Shown: positions 61,536 through 64,000 of the stretch, in pieces
Layout of the letters: each line of letters begins with the position of its first letter
Numbering within the stretch: position 1 is the first letter of the stretch
DNA from: the human T2T-CHM13v2.0 reference genome, Homo sapiens
DNA: 64,000 nucleotides
Reading direction: 5' to 3' (one strand)
Assembly (NCBI RefSeq): GCF_009914755.1
Contig: NC_060943.1
Notes under the pieces: generated by a model
What the model was told of the DNA's origin: nothing
What the model saw: only the letters and a program-made list of their open reading frames with translations
The model's database searches: none
Made by a program: the position numbers and the translations under genes

Positions 61536-62581
61536 TGTTTCAGGAAGTCAGGGACCCCAATCAGAGGGACGAGCTGAAGCCATGGCAGAAGAACATAAAT
61601 TGTGAAGATTTCATGGACATTTATTAGTTCCCCAAATTAATACATTTATTTCTTACACCTGTCTTTACTGCAATCTGTGAATATAAATTGTGAAGATTTC
61701 ATGGATATTTATCACTTCCCCTATCAATACCCTTGTGATTTCCTTTGCATGTCTTTAATCTCTTAATCCCATCAGCTTCTTAAGCTGAGGATGAATGTCA
61801 TCTCGGGACCGCGTGATGATTGCATTAACTGCAAAAATTGTTTAAACAATATGAAATCTGGGCACCTTGAAGAAAGAACAGGATAGCAGTGATGTTCAGG
61901 GAACAAGGGAGACAAACATTAGGTCTGGCTGCCTGAGAGCCGGGTGGAACGGAGCCGTATTTCTCTTCTTTGAAAAGCGTATAGGAGAAATATGGCTGAA
62001 TTCTTTTTCTCAGCAAGGAACAGCCCTGAGAAAGAGAATGCATTCCTAGGGTTATGCATCTGAAATGGCTTCCCTGGGAACATCTGTCTTTTACTGTTGT
62101 AGATAAGGGATGAAATAAGCCCCAGTTTCCCATAGTGCTCCCAGGCTTATTAGAATGAGGAAATTCCCACCTAATATATTTTGGTCAGACCGGTTGTCTG
62201 TTCTCAAATCCTGTCTCATGATAAGATGTTATCAATGACAAAGCATGCCCGAAACTTCATTAGCAATTTTAATTTCGCCCTGGTCCTTTGATCTCACCCT
62301 GCCTCCCTTTGCCCTTTGATATTTTATTACATTGTGAAGCATGTGATCTCTGTGACCCGCATCCTGTTCGTACACCCCCTCTCCTTTTGAAAATCACTAA
62401 TGCTGGTTTTATGGCTCAGGGGGCATCACGGAACCTGCCAACATGTGATGTCACCCCTGGACACCCAGCTTTAAAAATTTTTGTCTTTGTAATTTTCTGT
62501 TAATTTCTTAGACCAGTCAACACTTAGGTAAAATAGAATAGGACTCATGTTGAAATATCGGGGGCTGAATTTCCCCTAACA
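61536..62581 (+). mobile_element. MER11 solo LTR (HML-8)
   Basis: TGTTTCAGGAAGTCAGGGACCCC...TTTCCCCTAACA with no PBS or internal sequence. TSD GAGAG at 61531-61535 and 62582-62586. Confidence 0.93.
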
Positions 62582-64000
62582 GAGAGTTTCAAACCTATTG
62601 TATCAAAATAAAAATTTATCTCTGTAAGATGAATGCACACATCACAAAGCAGTTTCAAAGACAGCTTTTATCTAGTTTTTAACTAGGGATATTCGGTTTT
62701 TAACCATAGGACTCAAAATTCTCCCAAATGTTCCCTCATACATTCTAACCAAAGAGTGTTTCCAACTTGCTGAGTGAAAAGAAAGATTCAACACTCTGAG
62801 ATGAAGCGACATATCAAAAAGCAGTTTAACAGATAGTCTCTTCCTAGTTTTTATCTGCAGATATTTGGTTTCTCACCAAAGGACTCAAAGGACTTTCAAA
62901 AGTCCCTTCGCAGACTCTGCAAAAGTACTGTTTGCAACATGCTGAATGTAAACAAAGGTTTACCTCTCTGGGATGAATCCACACATCAAAAAGAAGTTTC
63001 ACAGATAGACCCTTTCTAGTTTTGATCTTGGGATATTTGGTTTGTCACCATAAACTACAGTGGGCTCAAAAAAGTCCCTTCACAGATTCTAGAAAAAAAG
63101 TGTTTCTAACCTAGTGAATCAAAAACAAGTTTAACCCTTTGAGATGAATCCACATATCACTAAGCTGTTTCACAGAGAGCTTATTTTTAGTTTTTATCTG
63201 GGGGTATTCTGTATTTCACCATAGGCCTTTGGGGTTCCCAAACCTCCCTTTACAGATTCTACCAAAAGAGTGTTTCAAACCTGCTTAATAAAAGAAAAGT
63301 TTTAACTCTGTGAGTTGAATCCACATGTCACAAAAAAGTTTGACAGATAGCTTCTTTCTAGATTTTATCTGGGGATATTCTGTTTTTCACCATAGGCCTC
63401 TATGGGTTCCCAAATGTCCCTTCACAGATTCTACCTAAAGAGTGTTTCAAACCTGCTTTAGCAAAAGAAAAATTTAACTCTGTGAGACAAATCCACACAT
63501 CACAAAGCTGATTTACAGATAGCTTTTTCCTAGTTTTTATCTGAGGATATTTTATTTTTCACCATAGGCCCCTGTGGGCTCCCAAATGTCCCTTTGCAGA
63601 TACTAACAAATAGTGTTTCCAAGCTGTTAAATGAAAACAAATGTTTCCCACTGTGAGATGAATCCACACGTCAGAAAGCAGTTTCACAGATAGCTTTTTT
63701 CTAGTGTTTATCTGGGAATATTTGGTTTTCCACCACAGGCCTCTGTGGACTCCCAAAATATCTTCACAGATTCCACAAAAAGAGTGTACAAAACTTGCTG
63801 ATTCAATAGAGTGGTTAATCTCTGTGAGATGAATCCACAGATTATAGGGCTGTTTCACAGAAAGCTTTTTTCTAGTTTTTATCTGTGAACATTTGTCTCA
63901 AAAAGCTTCAAAATTTCTCTTTGCAGTTTCTATGAAAACAGTGTTTCCAACATGCTGTATCAAAAGAAACGTTGACCTCTATGAGATGAATCCACTCATC
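62582..64000 (-). repeat. Alpha satellite family 2
   Basis: Paralogous to 40421-41900 and 43100-44450. Confidence 0.95.

Overview
This is primate (human/great-ape-like) pericentromeric DNA with no host gene. The background is divergent monomeric alpha satellite (171-bp monomers). All monomers share one orientation, reverse to the conventional consensus. They carry the A-type/pJ-alpha box, and I saw no CENP-B box. Two distinct alpha-satellite families meet in register at about 23.4 kb. Insertions are: one AluY, two near-full-length L1PA4-like elements with internal deletions, a 5'-inverted (twin-primed) L1PA2/3-like element nested in an ERV env gene, and three HERV-K(HML-8)/MER11 elements. The main finding concerns these three HML-8 elements: a multiply deleted provirus, a gag-env deleted provirus and a solo LTR. 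All three occupy the same nucleotide of the same paralogous monomer with the same GAGAG target duplication, and a fourth paralog at 40416-40420 is empty. The best explanation is one integration into an old, multi-kb alpha-satellite super-repeat that was then tandemly amplified together with the virus. Subfamily calls come from remembered diagnostic positions, not database searches.
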